From: Octopus bimaculoides
Taxonomy: Eukaryota
Assembly (NCBI RefSeq): GCF_001194135.2
Contig: NC_068992.1
Coordinates: 2,060,230-2,124,229, forward strand
Reading direction: 5' to 3'
DNA length: 64,000 nucleotides
Below, piece by piece: positions 1 to 13,039 of this stretch (its first letter is position 1; the number at the start of each line of letters is the position of its first letter). Both the position numbers and the translations under genes were made by a program. The notes under the pieces were generated by a model. It ran no database searches, was not told where the DNA came from, and worked only from the letters and a program-made list of their open reading frames with translations.

Positions 1-464
1 GCTCACATACATTCCCATACTACATACGTACGTGAATACGTACCTACAGATATCGATGTACTGTTATGAAACTAGAAGGCAGAGGCCCACCCACACATAA
101 ATGAATACATAGAGAGGGAATGCATGGTGTGCATGCCTTTCTGCGCGCTTCATACATTCTGAATGAATGACATAAAATAACGGTAAACTTAGGGTGTGAC
201 GGTTGAGGGCGGTGCGCCGGTTTATGTTCACCGGTCTCTTTTTGTGAATGTATATTTTAAGGGCTTCAGGTTTGAGAGAGTATGAAAGCCACAACATATT
301 TTCCAGCATTTTAAACAAGATTTATTTCATTTCAAAAAGGAAAAAAAATACTTATTTAATTTCATGGTCTCACACAGACACAGACACAGACGCTTTCATC
401 ACGCAAATAACACACACATACATACACACACACAAATAAATATATATATATATATATATATATA

Positions 465-1386
465 NNNNNNNNNNNNNNNNNNNNNNNNNNNNNNNNNNNN
501 NNNNNNNNNNNNNNNNNNNNNNNNNNNNNNNNNNNNNNNNNNNNNNNNNNNNNNNNNNNNNNNNNNNNNNNNNNNNNNNNNNNNNNNNNNNNNNNNNNNN
601 NNNNNNNNNNNNNNNNNNNNNNNNNNNNNNNNNNNNNNNNNNNNNNNNNNNNNNNNNNNNNNNNNNNNNNNNNNNNNNNNNNNNNNNNNNNNNNNNNNNN
701 NNNNNNNNNNNNNNNNNNNNNNNNNNNNNNNNNNNNNNNNNNNNNNNNNNNNNNNNNNNNNNNNNNNNNNNNNNNNNNNNNNNNNNNNNNNNNNNNNNNN
801 NNNNNNNNNNNNNNNNNNNNNNNNNNNNNNNNNNNNNNNNNNNNNNNNNNNNNNNNNNNNNNNNNNNNNNNNNNNNNNNNNNNNNNNNNNNNNNNNNNNN
901 NNNNNNNNNNNNNNNNNNNNNNNNNNNNNNNNNNNNNNNNNNNNNNNNNNNNNNNNNNNNNNNNNNNNNNNNNNNNNNNNNNNNNNNNNNNNNNNNNNNN
1001 NNNNNNNNNNNNNNNNNNNNNNNNNNNNNNNNNNNNNNNNNNNNNNNNNNNNNNNNNNNNNNNNNNNNNNNNNNNNNNNNNNNNNNNNNNNNNNNNNNNN
1101 NNNNNNNNNNNNNNNNNNNNNNNNNNNNNNNNNNNNNNNNNNNNNNNNNNNNNNNNNNNNNNNNNNNNNNNNNNNNNNNNNNNNNNNNNNNNNNNNNNNN
1201 NNNNNNNNNNNNNNNNNNNNNNNNNNNNNNNNNNNNNNNNNNNNNNNNNNNNNNNNNNNNNNNNNNNNNNNNNNNNNNNNNNNNNNNNNNNNNNNNNNNN
1301 NNNNNNNNNNNNNNNNNNNNNNNNNNNNNNNNNNNNNNNNNNNNNNNNNNNNNNNNNNNNNNNNNNNNNNNNNNNNNNNNNNNNNN
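465..1386. other. assembly gap (N run) flanked by (TA)n
   Basis: N run with (TA)n on both sides. Confidence 0.99.
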
Positions 1387-1731
1387 ATATATATATATAT
1401 ATATATATACATATATATGAATGTATGTATGTACGTATGTATGTATGCATGTATGTGTGTATTAGTGCATGTGTTGATATTTTATTGAATACTAACGGAA
1501 GTGTGCACCTCAAGCAGATACCTACCAGGATATACAAGCATTATCTCTCATTACATTTATAAATAAACATTGTGTGATTATATACACTCGTCATGATCGG
1601 CATATTCTACCTTCAGATACACAAACGACCACTTAGAAAGACAGATACATTTATGTATGTATAAATATAAGTCTAACAGCTTATACGTTTGTGTGTATAA
1701 ATGAGTGTTTTTATGTGTGAATACGTATGTA

Positions 1732-1779
<48 letters not shown>

Positions 1780-2379
1780 NNNNNNNNNNNNNNNNNNNNN
1801 NNNNNNNNNNNNNNNNNNNNNNNNNNNNNNNNNNNNNNNNNNNNNNNNNNNNNNNNNNNNNNNNNNNNNNNNNNNNNNNNNNNNNNNNNNNNNNNNNNNN
1901 NNNNNNNNNNNNNNNNNNNNNNNNNNNNNNNNNNNNNNNNNNNNNNNNNNNNNNNNNNNNNNNNNNNNNNNNNNNNNNNNNNNNNNNNNNNNNNNNNNNN
2001 NNNNNNNNNNNNNNNNNNNNNNNNNNNNNNNNNNNNNNNNNNNNNNNNNNNNNNNNNNNNNNNNNNNNNNNNNNNNNNNNNNNNNNNNNNNNNNNNNNNN
2101 NNNNNNNNNNNNNNNNNNNNNNNNNNNNNNNNNNNNNNNNNNNNNNNNNNNNNNNNNNNNNNNNNNNNNNNNNNNNNNNNNNNNNNNNNNNNNNNNNNNN
2201 NNNNNNNNNNNNNNNNNNNNNNNNNNNNNNNNNNNNNNNNNNNNNNNNNNNNNNNNNNNNNNNNNNNNNNNNNNNNNNNNNNNNNNNNNNNNNNNNNNNN
2301 NNNNNNNNNNNNNNNNNNNNNNNNNNNNNNNNNNNNNNNNNNNNNNNNNNNNNNNNNNNNNNNNNNNNNNNNNNNNNNN
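1780..2379. other. assembly gap (N run)
   Basis: N run preceded by (TA)n. Confidence 0.99.
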
Positions 2380-2645
2380 ACATTATCTCTATATAATGAT
2401 GCATGTATATGTAGGGGTATATAAGTATATATATAGATATATATATATATGTATGTATAATAAACACACATACACAGATATATATAAATATACATACGTC
2501 AATCTTTCTATGTATGTTTATACTCGAATGTATACTCATATACACGAACGTATAAGCTACCTCATACATGCATAAATGCCACATGCAGTTACTTGTATAA
2601 ATACACACACAAATTTTCGCATACATACATCCATACACACCAACC

Positions 2646-2678
<33 letters not shown>

Positions 2679-2811
2679 ACACATTCACATTCGCACCCAA
2701 CGAGAAATATACAAAGAGACCGATATATATAAATATAAAAATCACGAGAAAAAAACACTCCCAACTCTGCGTAGCCCCTCGCCTCTCGCCCCACACACAG
2801 CGGTGTACCCT

Positions 2812-3590
2812 CAGCATCATCACCACCTCCACCCTCAACTTCTATTCCGGGTACTACCCCTACTGCTGCTACACCGCCACCCCCACCACCATTACCAGCA
2901 CCACCACCAACAACAACAACAGGAACGCACCACTATTTCTATAAAGACTGCCACGGTCATTGCTCGCACCACCTCCGCCGCCACCGTCCCTACCATTTCA
3001 CGATGGCCCCTACAATTACTCCTTCCACTACCATCATCATCATCATCATCCTCAGCCACATCTTTCCCCGCCTCATCATCATCTTCGTCGTCGTCGTCGT
3101 CATCATCATCATCGTAACCATCATCACAACTGCCACTAATATAACACCATTCTTACTACTGTGTCCATCATCATCATCATCATCATCATCCTCATCATCA
3201 GCAGCAGCAACACCAACAGCACCTTCAGACATCATCGCTACCCTAGCCCCTACCTTCCCCATCATCATCATCAACAGTCAACCACACTAGTTACCACCTC
3301 CGACCTCACTGCAACACCACCCATAGTAACAACAACAACAACAGCTACAACGACACCACCACCACCATAGCGAGGAACGACTGCACTACCAATAACAACT
3401 ATCGCAATCACCATGACCACCACCTCAGACAATATCATAACTATTATTTCCCTCATCACAACCATCTGAAGTATAACCACCACCACTTCAACCACCTCCT
3501 ATACTTCATTAGAACCATAACTACCACCCTCACCTCCACCACTACCACCAGCTCCACCGCCGCCACCACCACCATCACCTCATAATAAAC
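2812..3590. repeat. long cryptically simple (CAC/CAT/AAC)n tract
   Basis: Mixed trinucleotide runs such as caccaccac, catcatcat, aacaacaac; produces the His/Thr/Ser/Ile homopolymer ORFs in the track. Confidence 0.95.
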
Positions 3591-3597
3591 ACTAATT

Positions 3598-3760
3598 CTA
3601 TGTGGTCGCTCGACCTTCTGGAAATAGCAGTCAAATCAATCACTCACAAATTAAACCTAAGCGAAGAGCAGCATATTGAATAATGCGTTCTTGATGGATC
3701 ACACCTAAGTGTTTCATGGGATGGTCACATCTGGAGGGCTTGGACTGAATTGTGCTAGTA
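3598..3760 (+). mobile_element. old unclassified interspersed repeat (family E)
   Basis: Motif tgtggtcgctcgaccttctggaaatagcagtcaaatc recurs in diverged form near 19735, 42800 and 51241 (+) and near 53680 and 58835 (-); its gggatggtcac segment recurs inverted near 48230. Confidence 0.5.
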
Positions 3761-3989
3761 ACAATAATACTTCAACACAAAATAGCAGTTGCAACGCATC
3801 TCACATTAATATCTTTGTGTATATTATGAGTGTGTGTATGCATGTGTGTGTGTTGGTGTGTATATGCTTGAATGTATATTTGTATATGTGTATGTGCATG
3901 TTTGTATAAGTGTGTGTCTGCATGTTGAATATTATATAAGTATACGAATGAAAGACGTACTTGAATATATATGCGTTTGCCGCGTACAC

Positions 3990-4002
3990 ACACACTTGTA
4001 TA

Positions 4003-4051
<49 letters not shown>

Positions 4052-4133
4052 TGTATGTATGTATGTGTGTGTGTATATGTATGTATGTATATATGTATGT
4101 ATATATATATATATATACACATATATATGTATG

Positions 4134-4200
<67 letters not shown>

Positions 4201-4350
4201 GTATGTATGTACGTATATATGTATACATATATATACATATATATCTATGTACTTGTATATACATTTATATATATACATATGTATATAAGTGTGTGTGTAT
4301 GTGTGTGTATAAAAGTGTGTGTGTATGTATGTATGTATGTATGTATGTAT
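3990..4350. repeat. compound (TA)n/(TATG)n microsatellite
   Basis: Direct reading. Confidence 0.97.
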
Positions 4351-4669
4351 GCTGCCATATGTGTTAATACATAGTTTCTCGTTTTCCACACAGCATAATA
4401 CAATACTGAAACAAGTTCTTCCTCGCGACATCTGCTTATTGGGCGTGTTTTGTTTAGGGAATCGAATGGCGGCATCAGGAGCGCAGTGGACAAAATGGTT
4501 ATCGATTTTGCTTTCGTTCCCGCTCTGAGTTCAAATTTGAGTAAAGATTTCGGTTTCATTCAAATACCTAAAACTCTTGTTGTCAACTCATCGATTCTCA
4601 TTTTATTTTTTCTACAATAAAATTTAGAAAGTCTCGTGAACGTGGCAAATACATATATGACCATTATTG

Positions 4670-4860
4670 CGTCGGACCAAATGTTCCGAGGTATTTCTTC
4701 CGGTTTTACATTCCGGGTTCAAAATCCGCCAAAGTCGACTTTGCCTTTCATTCTATCGGGGTCGATAAAATATATATCAGTTTATCACTGGGGTCGATAT
4801 AATCAACTTACACCCTCCCACCGAACTTGCTGACCATGAGCCAAAAATCGAAACCATTAT
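4670..4860 (+). mobile_element. tRNA-derived SINE, family A, diverged
   Basis: B-box-like ggttcaaaatcc, then gtcgactttgcctttcattctatcggggtcgataaaa core and (ATT)n tail. Confidence 0.85.
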
Positions 4861-5295
4861 TAATATTATTATTATTATTATTATTATTATAAACGATGTT
4901 AGCCTGGGTGAGAGATTTTGAATGGCGACTGTGTATAAGTTATGAGTTACTGTGGGAGACTTTTAAGTGGCAAATTATTAAAAAGAAGAAAAATTCCATA
5001 CGCTGGTCTGAAGGTGCTGTAATGGAGTGATTGCGGAGGTAAAGGTGGGCGACTTTGCATATTTACGATAAATTCAGCTTGCGTGTCTGAAGCCAAACTG
5101 GAGCTGACAGCAACTGAACCTATTCGTATGAGCTAACGATGACGACCCGTCCGGGGCTACGCACCCGTTCAGAGTCCATGTAATGATTAAAATGCGGTAC
5201 AGGACCGAATGGATTAGATTATTTGTTGGTTTTATCGTGAAGACAAATCCCTGCTTTCCTTTGGCAAGGAAATGTGGATAGCGTTATTCTAACTT

Positions 5296-5590
5296 GTGGT
5301 TAGGCTGAAGGAAGTTTGTGTAGTGGATGAGGTTAAAAGTTTTCAGGATAAAACATTTCCTGTCAGGAAGCCAAACCCTCATCAAATTCTTCAAGAATCA
5401 GTTGAGAAGAAAGTTGAAGATAGGAAGGAGGACGCTGGACCCAACAAAATTTTTGAATTTTGGGTGAAAGGGACGAAATTGGCATGGCTAAACAGGTCCT
5501 TGCTAATTCTACGATTGTACAATTGAGGCAAGAACTGGGAGAAAGCATCGCCTTTTGTTCTACCAAAGTAGGGAATGGAGGGTTCAAATA
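5296..5590 (+). mobile_element. possible heavily decayed non-LTR retrotransposon ORF2 fragment
   Basis: Fragmentary translations FWVKGTKLAW and ESIAFCSTKVGNGGF loosely resemble the post-RT W...GGLG region of LINE ORF2; weak. Confidence 0.25.
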
Positions 5591-5809
5591 GACCCCTTTG
5601 GTCCTTATTTTGTAAATCCTTTCTCGTTATTGTCTTATACTTTTATACTGTTTTAGCTACATAGTTTATTATTATTATTATTATTTCGTAATATATCTCT
5701 ATGGGTCGATCCTTATTTGACGGAAATTCGTCACTGCTTTTCTTTTTCTTCTTTGTTCTTTTTTTTTTTTTGTTATTTCACTTTCATACTGTCCCCAGTG
5801 TGTGGGTCT

Positions 5810-6020
5810 CAAATCATTAGCGCGTCAGAAAAAAAAATGCTTATCTGCATTTTTATCGGGCTCTTTTCGTTCCATGTTCAAATCCTGCCGAGGTCACCTT
5901 TTGCTTTTCATCCATCGAGATCGATAAAATAAGTAGCAGTCAAGTACTAGGGTCGATAAAATCGACTTAACCCCTCCCCTCCCTTCAAATTGCTGGCCTT
6001 GTGCCAACAATTAGAAAGAG
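5810..6020 (+). mobile_element. SINE family A, diverged
   Basis: gttcaaatcctgccgaggtcaccttttgcttttcatcc...gggtcgataaaatcgactt...ggccttgtgcc. Confidence 0.85.
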
Positions 6021-6659
6021 TCATTATCATTGCTGTTGTGGTTGTTTTTATTTTATTGTTGCCATCATTATCATCATCTTCATCATCATCATCAATATCA
6101 TAATCATTTGTATTTTAGCGCGAATGGGCTTGTCCCTTTCGCCCTCTTTGTGTTAATGGATTTACCACGCCACGTTTATAACTCAACGGAAAATCTTTGG
6201 ATTAATTTCCCGACGTTGGAACATTTTAGTCTCCACCCTGCTTACCTTGGGGTGAAAAGGACACGGTTTGTTTTTAAACCTTTTTGTATTTCCTATTCTA
6301 TAAACTTTATTTACTACAAACACGAATTGACTTCGTTTCATGGATGAATTCGCTACAGCAGTGGCGACATTGATGCAAACTGGCACATCCCGCCACAAGA
6401 TGCAAATAAATAAATATAAGCAATAAATTTTTTAAAAAAACATATTTATAAAAGATAACCAACAAAACAAGAAAATAAAACAACCACTAAACAAACAGAT
6501 ACAACAAACATTACAAACAAATAAATAACGAATTTGTGAAAAAAAAATAATAATAACATGAGTTTTGTTATGGAGTAACCCACAAACAATATTTGGACAT
6601 TCGTCTAGTCGAAGAAAATAAGTGATATGGGAGATGTGTGTTATTGAGGATAGTGTTGC

Positions 6660-7350
6660 TTGAAGAACACATACAGAAACAGGCAAGAAGGAAACTAATT
6701 AAAAAAATGCATCAATAAAATAAAAGATGCCCTGAAGAGAGCTCTAGGACAAGAAGCCCGAGTGGATACGAAGAAGGATGTGATTTTCATGAAATGCTGC
6801 AAAGTAAAGGACAGTGTCCGCCTGATTTTCACACCGATGAAAAGTTGAGGTGATTCGTCAGTTTGGTGTACCATAGCTATGATCATTGGCTCATAATACA
6901 ATACTTAGGCCCATTCAATATAGGAGAGATAGCCAGGGATAGGGAGTAGCAATTGGAACCCTTGACTGTGAGGGAAACTATCAAAAGAAATGACGTGGTC
7001 GGAGGTTGTTAGTTGAGTAGAGAGTAGCAAGTTCTAATCTTAGTTTCTCTGAACAAAGCATACAACTATTCCAAACCTGTCGCAGGTGTAGAAACAAAAG
7101 AATTGTGACTAGCTGTGCAACGCAAGAAGCCAAGCTATTGTAGTTGTACTAAAAGGTATTTTAGAAGAATCTGTATCGAAGAATGAGAAAGACAGAGAAA
7201 GAAAGTGATTGAGGTGGGGAGAGCAACGGAAAAGGCAAAAATCACAACAGCTCTAGAGTGTGTTGTTTTAAAAATACTTTCAGTTTTATCGCCTCTGGCA
7301 GGTCCGAGGATGGTCAAAGAACACGATTCACTTCCTTGGACATAAGTCAA
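6660..7350 (+). mobile_element. possible decayed non-LTR retrotransposon fragment (pre-RT region)
   Basis: Purine-rich coding-like stretch; near 7250-7310 it translates ITTALECVVLKILSVLSPLAGP, like the PIT.EEV...LK.....SA.GPDG motif preceding LINE RT domains; many stops. Confidence 0.3.
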
Positions 7351-7630
7351 TATCCACAGCTACTATTAAGCCCCATCCCCACGATATCCGTGTGGGGGTG
7401 GGGGTGGACATGGAGTAGTGAAAAGGGTTGATGATGTGGGCGTCAATACAAAAGGCAAAAAAGATTTTAAAAGAGGTGACCACAAATGAAAGTCGATCCC
7501 CAAATAAACGCATTGAAAATAAAATATACTCGAAACGAAACGGAAGAAAACAGAAAGAGAAAGAATGTGTCGTTTGTAGAGCAGACGAAAAATAATGAAC
7601 TGCTAATAAAATACAATTTGTCTACGATCC

Positions 7631-7950
7631 GTGAAGGTGCGTGGCTTAGTGGTTGGGGCATTCGGCTCACGATCGTGAGTTCAATTCCCGGCGACGCGTT
7701 GTGTCCTTGAGCAAGACATTTTATTTCACGTTGCTCCAGTCCACTCACCTGGCAAAAATGAGTAGTACCTGTAATTCAAAAGGGCCAGCCTTGTCTGTCA
7801 CACTCTGTGTCAAACTGAATTGCCCTGAGAACTACGTTAAGGGTACACGTGTCTGTAGAGTACTCAGCCACTTGCACGTTAATTTCACGAGCAAGTGGTT
7901 CCGTTGATCGTATCATCTGGGACCCTCGTCGTCGTAACCGACGGAATGCT
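7631..7950 (+). mobile_element. near full-length tRNA-derived SINE, family C
   Basis: A box tggcttagtgg, B box gagttcaattccc, CORE-like ttgtgtccttgagcaagacattttatttcac, unique tail ending gtaaccgacggaatgc. Confidence 0.85.
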
Positions 7951-8976
7951 CCTAAAGTCTACGATCCACTACTGTGCAACCACAAAGGGACTGTGAATGA
8001 TTTCTCGCCTGATCTAATACCAAAAGATGCTCGCTGGCGCCTTCGGGTGTTGTTTCATGTAGGAGACCACAGTGTGTGGTGCACGGCCCGACTGAATTGT
8101 TATGTTTTGTACGCGGTTTGGTAACTCTAACTGGCCTTCGTTTCTTTATTGATTTGCACTGTTTTCAATCATAATACGCGCGCGCGTGTGTGTGTGTGAG
8201 TGAGATAGGGGGGGAGTATGTATAATTAGGTTTTTCATCAATGGTAGATCTATAACAAATGTTTTATTTATTCTTTAATATCTCTCCCGTTTCCTTTGTT
8301 TTATTTCAACATTGTTCGACCATCCCTCACGTTTGTATCCCTTAGGTCTAGCGTTTTCACTGTATGGGAAAACAATAAAAGTAAATATCATTATTATTAT
8401 TATTGTTGTCGATGTTGTTGTTGTTGCTGTTGTTGTTGTCATTGAAATCCATATTGATATCGTCGTCGTCTCGGTTGTCGCTGTTGCTATTGATGTTGCT
8501 ACAGTTGTTGTTAAGGCCTTTAATCATCTCTAATCTAACAAACCCGTCGATGATGAAAGTCACTCCAGCAATGGCTAACCAGTCTATTATTCAAAGCATT
8601 AATTTCCAGCGATTAAAACGGAATGGTGGTGAGGTAGACTTTTCCCTCTCTTAAAATGACGGAACACGACTGAAGGAGATGTGGCCGTTGCTTCTATTAG
8701 ATCGTAAGAGGACATAGAGAGATTGTAGTCTTGCTTCCAAATCGTGTGACGTATATAATAAATCAGGTATAAGTCTTCAGTAGTTACACTTGTATATTTA
8801 TAAATAGAACTGTAACCATACAGACGTGGACAAATTGAAATACACATACACACATACATATAATAAAATAGACACACTCACTCACACGTATTACACACAA
8901 TCTATTTTATCTTTTCCTGCCTTTATGTTTACATAAACAAACACACGAACACACAAATAGGCAAACACACACACAC

Positions 8977-9017
<41 letters not shown>

Positions 9018-9268
9018 NNNNNNNNNNNNNNNNNNNNNNNNNNNNNNNNNNNNNNNNNNNNNNNNNNNNNNNNNNNNNNNNNNNNNNNNNNNNNNNNNNN
9101 NNNNNNNNNNNNNNNNNNNNNNNNNNNNNNNNNNNNNNNNNNNNNNNNNNNNNNNNNNNNNNNNNNNNNNNNNNNNNNNNNNNNNNNNNNNNNNNNNNNN
9201 NNNNNNNNNNNNNNNNNNNNNNNNNNNNNNNNNNNNNNNNNNNNNNNNNNNNNNNNNNNNNNNNNNNN
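9018..9268. other. assembly gap (N run)
   Basis: N run between (TA)n and (CA)n. Confidence 0.99.
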
Positions 9269-9324
<56 letters not shown>

Positions 9325-9954
9325 TTATTTATTCATTTATGTGCGAGTGTACACGTATGTACCACACACACACACACACACACACACATAGGTATGATGA
9401 TGCTAGCAAGAAAAATACGATTCAAAATATGAGTAGATGTATATTTCTATTTATATTTAGCAGATAGAGATGTATGTGTGTGTGTGTGAGTGCATGTGTG
9501 TGAGTATGCACGCACACATGCATCTATTTGTCTCTGTATCTGCTTGTGTGTATGAACATGTGCATATGTGTATGTATGTTAGAGTGAGTGCATGTGACTT
9601 AGTATGCGTTGATATAGTTTAAGAGGCAGAGAGAGATGAATAAAGCGAGTGGTCGCAGCATCGCTAGCGAGATTGATCGACTAAAACGAACCATCTTAAA
9701 TTTTGTCCCGCCTCAAGTTTTCCGTTCTTTGTCGAATGTGTGGGTGGGTGCGTGTGTTCATGTACGTACGTGTGCGTAAATATATGTGTGTAGCTGTGTG
9801 TATGTGTGTGTGTGTGTGTGAGTTTGTGTGGGTGCGTGTGTTTGTGAATTATTATTCGACGCACGATGTGGAATGTGTATTTGTTGAGAATCACTTTATG
9901 AATCACTCCGCTGCTAGTGGTTCACGCATATTGCACCGATCAATATTAGTTCCT

Positions 9955-9966
9955 CACACACACACA

Positions 9967-10056
<90 letters not shown>
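9955..10056. repeat. (CA)n microsatellite
   Basis: Direct reading. Confidence 0.98.
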
Positions 10057-10057
<1 letters not shown>

Positions 10058-10331
10058 GCGCACTCACACCCGTATTATGTATATATGTATATATATATAT
10101 ATATATTCACAGATACATATATACGAGTGCATGTGCATAATAGCAACATTGCAACCCTGATAAACTATATTTACAAACATAGAATCTCCTTTACGAAATA
10201 TTTCTTGCCGCCTCTGACTGTGTTGTTATCAACAAACGTTTAAAAAAATAACATGAGAGCTTTGCATTCTTTTAAGTATAATACTAATCAAAAACAATAG
10301 AGACACACACACACATATATGTTCATATATG

Positions 10332-10375
<44 letters not shown>

Positions 10376-10427
10376 TACAGAGAGAGAGAGAGAGAGAGAA
10401 AGAAAGTTACTACACATAGGCCCATAC

Positions 10428-10680
10428 CAGTGGTTCTCAACTAAATTCTAGATGGTCGTTGCGGGTCCATAAAAGATTTTGCTGTTAAAATTTACGAGCA
10501 ATAAATTAGTGATACTTCTACTATACTCTCAATATTTTCACAATTTACTTGATACAGTTCCTCAGAATATTTCTTTGTGAACAATATGAGATTTTGTAAA
10601 CGCTAAATGGTTATGGAGGTCTGCCCCAGTAAAATGGGAAACTAGGAGACCCATAGGAGAAAAATGGTTGAGGAACGCTG
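10428..10680. mobile_element. hAT (Charlie-like) MITE
   Basis: Left end cagtggttctcaac and right end gttgaggaacgctg form imperfect TIRs; flanks gcccatac and ggcatacc look like a degenerate 8-bp TSD. Confidence 0.7.
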
Positions 10681-10838
10681 GGCATACCCACGTTCGATAT
10701 ATTGTAACCAGTGACTGCCTGACTGTACCTTTGTCACTGAATACCTGTCGCTTTTCTGATCTCTCCCTCCCTCCCTCTCTCTATCTATCTATCTATCTAT
10801 CTATCTCCCGACCAAACATGTTCAATGCACAGATGTAC

Positions 10839-10870
<32 letters not shown>

Positions 10871-11099
10871 TTCCATAATACATACATATATGTATATACG
10901 TACATACATATGCATTTTTGCATGTATGTATGTATGTGTGTGTTCATGTGTGTATACATCGATGTAAATGTTTGTGTGTGTTGATCAGCTCTTAAAATGA
11001 TGAAATGTTAAGAGATTCTGGGAGTTTTTACTTGATTAAAAATTTTAACTCTATTTTACAGAAAGTGTTTCGTTTTGTTTTGGGGGTGAGTAATGAGTG

Positions 11100-11600
11100 C
11101 CACGTGATGCTCGAAGCTTGGTGATGGTGGGGGTGGGTGCTGGTAGGATGGTGGGAGTGCAGTTGGGGGTGTTGTTTAGTGGTGGTACTGGTTGATATGG
11201 TGATACATCTAGTAGTGGCGGTGGCGGTGATGGTTGTGGTGGTGGTGGTGACGGCGGCAGCGGAGGCGGTGGGAGTGGTGATGATGGTGATGGTAGCGGA
11301 GGTGGTGGTGGTGGTGGCGGAGGTGGTGATGATGATGGGAGCGGAGGTGACGGTGGTGGTGATGGTGGTGGTGGTGGCAGTAGTGGTGATGAAGGTAGCG
11401 GAGGTGGCGGTGGTGGTGATGGTTGTGATCGTGGTGCTGTTGGTTGTGGTGGTGGTGAGACTGCGAGAGTGGTATACGTAGTGGTTGCGGTTTCTATGGC
11501 GGTAGTAGTGATCATTGGTTGCTATGGTGAGGGTAGTGATCGTTGGTGGTAGTGGTGGCTGAGGTTGATGGTAACGGCGGCAGCGGTGGTAATGGTGGTT
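11100..11600. repeat. long (GGT/GAT/GGC)n low-complexity tract
   Basis: Direct reading; source of the poly-V/T/P ORFs. Confidence 0.95.
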
Positions 11601-11778
11601 GATTGCTGCGTTGCTGGCAGAAACCACGCTTTACCCTCATCGGGGTCATATCACCATTTTATGCTGAAGCGAATGAAGAACTCACGAAGAGTTCAGGTTA
11701 CAACAACCTTTCAGAAAGAGGAACTACAATTTCATAAAGGGTCCACTAAAGTCTACTTTTAGGTTCACTCATCACTCG

Positions 11779-11991
11779 TCTTTTCCACTCTAGGCACAAG
11801 GCCAGAAATTTTGGGGAAGGGGGCCAGTCGATTAGATCGACCCCACTATGCAACTGGTACTTAATTTATCGACCCCGAAAGGATGAAAGGCAAAGTCGAC
11901 CTCGGCGGAATTTGAACTCAGAACGTAAAGACAGATGAAATACCGCTAAGCATTTCGCCCGGTGTGCTAACGTCTCTGCCAGTTGGCCGCC
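11779..11991 (-). mobile_element. SINE family A, full length, well preserved
   Basis: Reverse complement reads ggcggccaactggcagag...gagttcaaattccgccgaggtcgactttgcctttcatcctttcggggtcgataaattaagtaccag...ggccttgtgcctagagtggaaaag. Confidence 0.92.
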
Positions 11992-12004
11992 TTATGAGTA
12001 TAAT

Positions 12005-12210
12005 ATATTGGTACTCTCAAATGTTGGTACAAGGTCTGCATGTTCGGGACAAGGGATAAGCCGATTACATCGACTCCAGTGCTTGACTGGTACTTATTTT
12101 ATCGGCCCCCGAAAGGATGAAAGACAAATTCGACCTCGATGGAATTTGAATCCACAACGCAAAGACGGACGAAATGCCGCTAGGCATTGTTCCGGAGTGC
12201 TGACAATTTT
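12005..12210 (-). mobile_element. SINE family A, second tandem copy
   Basis: Same core (gaaaggatgaaagacaaattcgacctcg on +), more diverged. Confidence 0.85.
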
Positions 12211-12242
12211 TCAAGATCACAGCCTTAAATAAGTATAGTACA

Positions 12243-12426
12243 TTAGTTTCCAATCTGGGCACAAGGCCAGCAATTTTGATGGCGGAGCTGGTAAGCCGAT
12301 TACATCGACTCCCAGTATGTAACTGGTACTCAAAGGGGTGAAACCCAAAAAGTTGAAAGGCAAAGTCGACCTCGTCGGCATTTGGACCCACAGACGGCCG
12401 AAATGCCGTCAGGCATTTTGCCCGAG
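12243..12426 (-). mobile_element. SINE family A, third tandem copy
   Basis: gaaaggcaaagtcgacctcgtcggcatttgg on +. Confidence 0.85.
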
Positions 12427-12988
12427 TATAATGTATTAATGCTGAGTTCTATTTCATCTTCTCCGACAGACGATACATTAGAGCTGAAATTATATATCAC
12501 TCATTCCGTAAGATGATCTGAACAAAAAATGTTCTGCCTGTTTATGAAATTGGAGAAGTTTCTGTGAAGTTGTTACAATTCAAATTGGCCATAACTAAAT
12601 GAGACGTTTCACTTCATTTATTTCTTTCTCTTCAGAATGAAGTTTTGGTTTCATTCACTGCCAATCGTAACTGTAGCAAGAATAATGTTCAACCGGGATA
12701 TTAGGCTTTAATAAGAAGAAAAAATAACATCGCTATTTTGAATCAAGCTGAGAGCTTGACTAAATTTACATGTTTTGAGCAAGATATACGTGTGTGCACG
12801 TGAATGTACGTCTGTCTACGTAAGTGTGTGCCTCTATGCGTGTGTGTTTATGTGTTTATGTGTTTATACGCACGGTCTATGAGGAAAATATCTTTCCAGC
12901 AAACACCGCACATAAAGAATATAGATGGACTCAGCTTCATTGTAACAAACGATGCTTACTGTGCATACGATTAATATATATATATATT

Positions 12989-13039
<51 letters not shown>

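Noticed and set aside
362-2794. Long ORFs in the supplied track (also at 13.9-15.1, 35.4-35.9, 50.0-52.9 and 57.0-58.0 kb)
   Set aside because: They run through N gaps and translated (TA)/(CA)/(TG) repeats and are not genes.
2576-3495. His/Thr/Ser/Pro-rich ORFs resembling mucins or extensins (also 11028-11627 and 58138-58431)
   Set aside because: All frames on both strands are open only because of trinucleotide low complexity; no splice or domain support.
7631-7700. tRNA genes at SINE heads (also 21500-21590 and 40280-40356)
   Set aside because: A/B boxes are present, but no complete cloverleaf forms and each continues into a SINE body.
12635-12705. Acceptor-like tttctttctcttcag with a 22-codon frame
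   Set aside because: Ends in a stop with no donor and no recognisable peptide.
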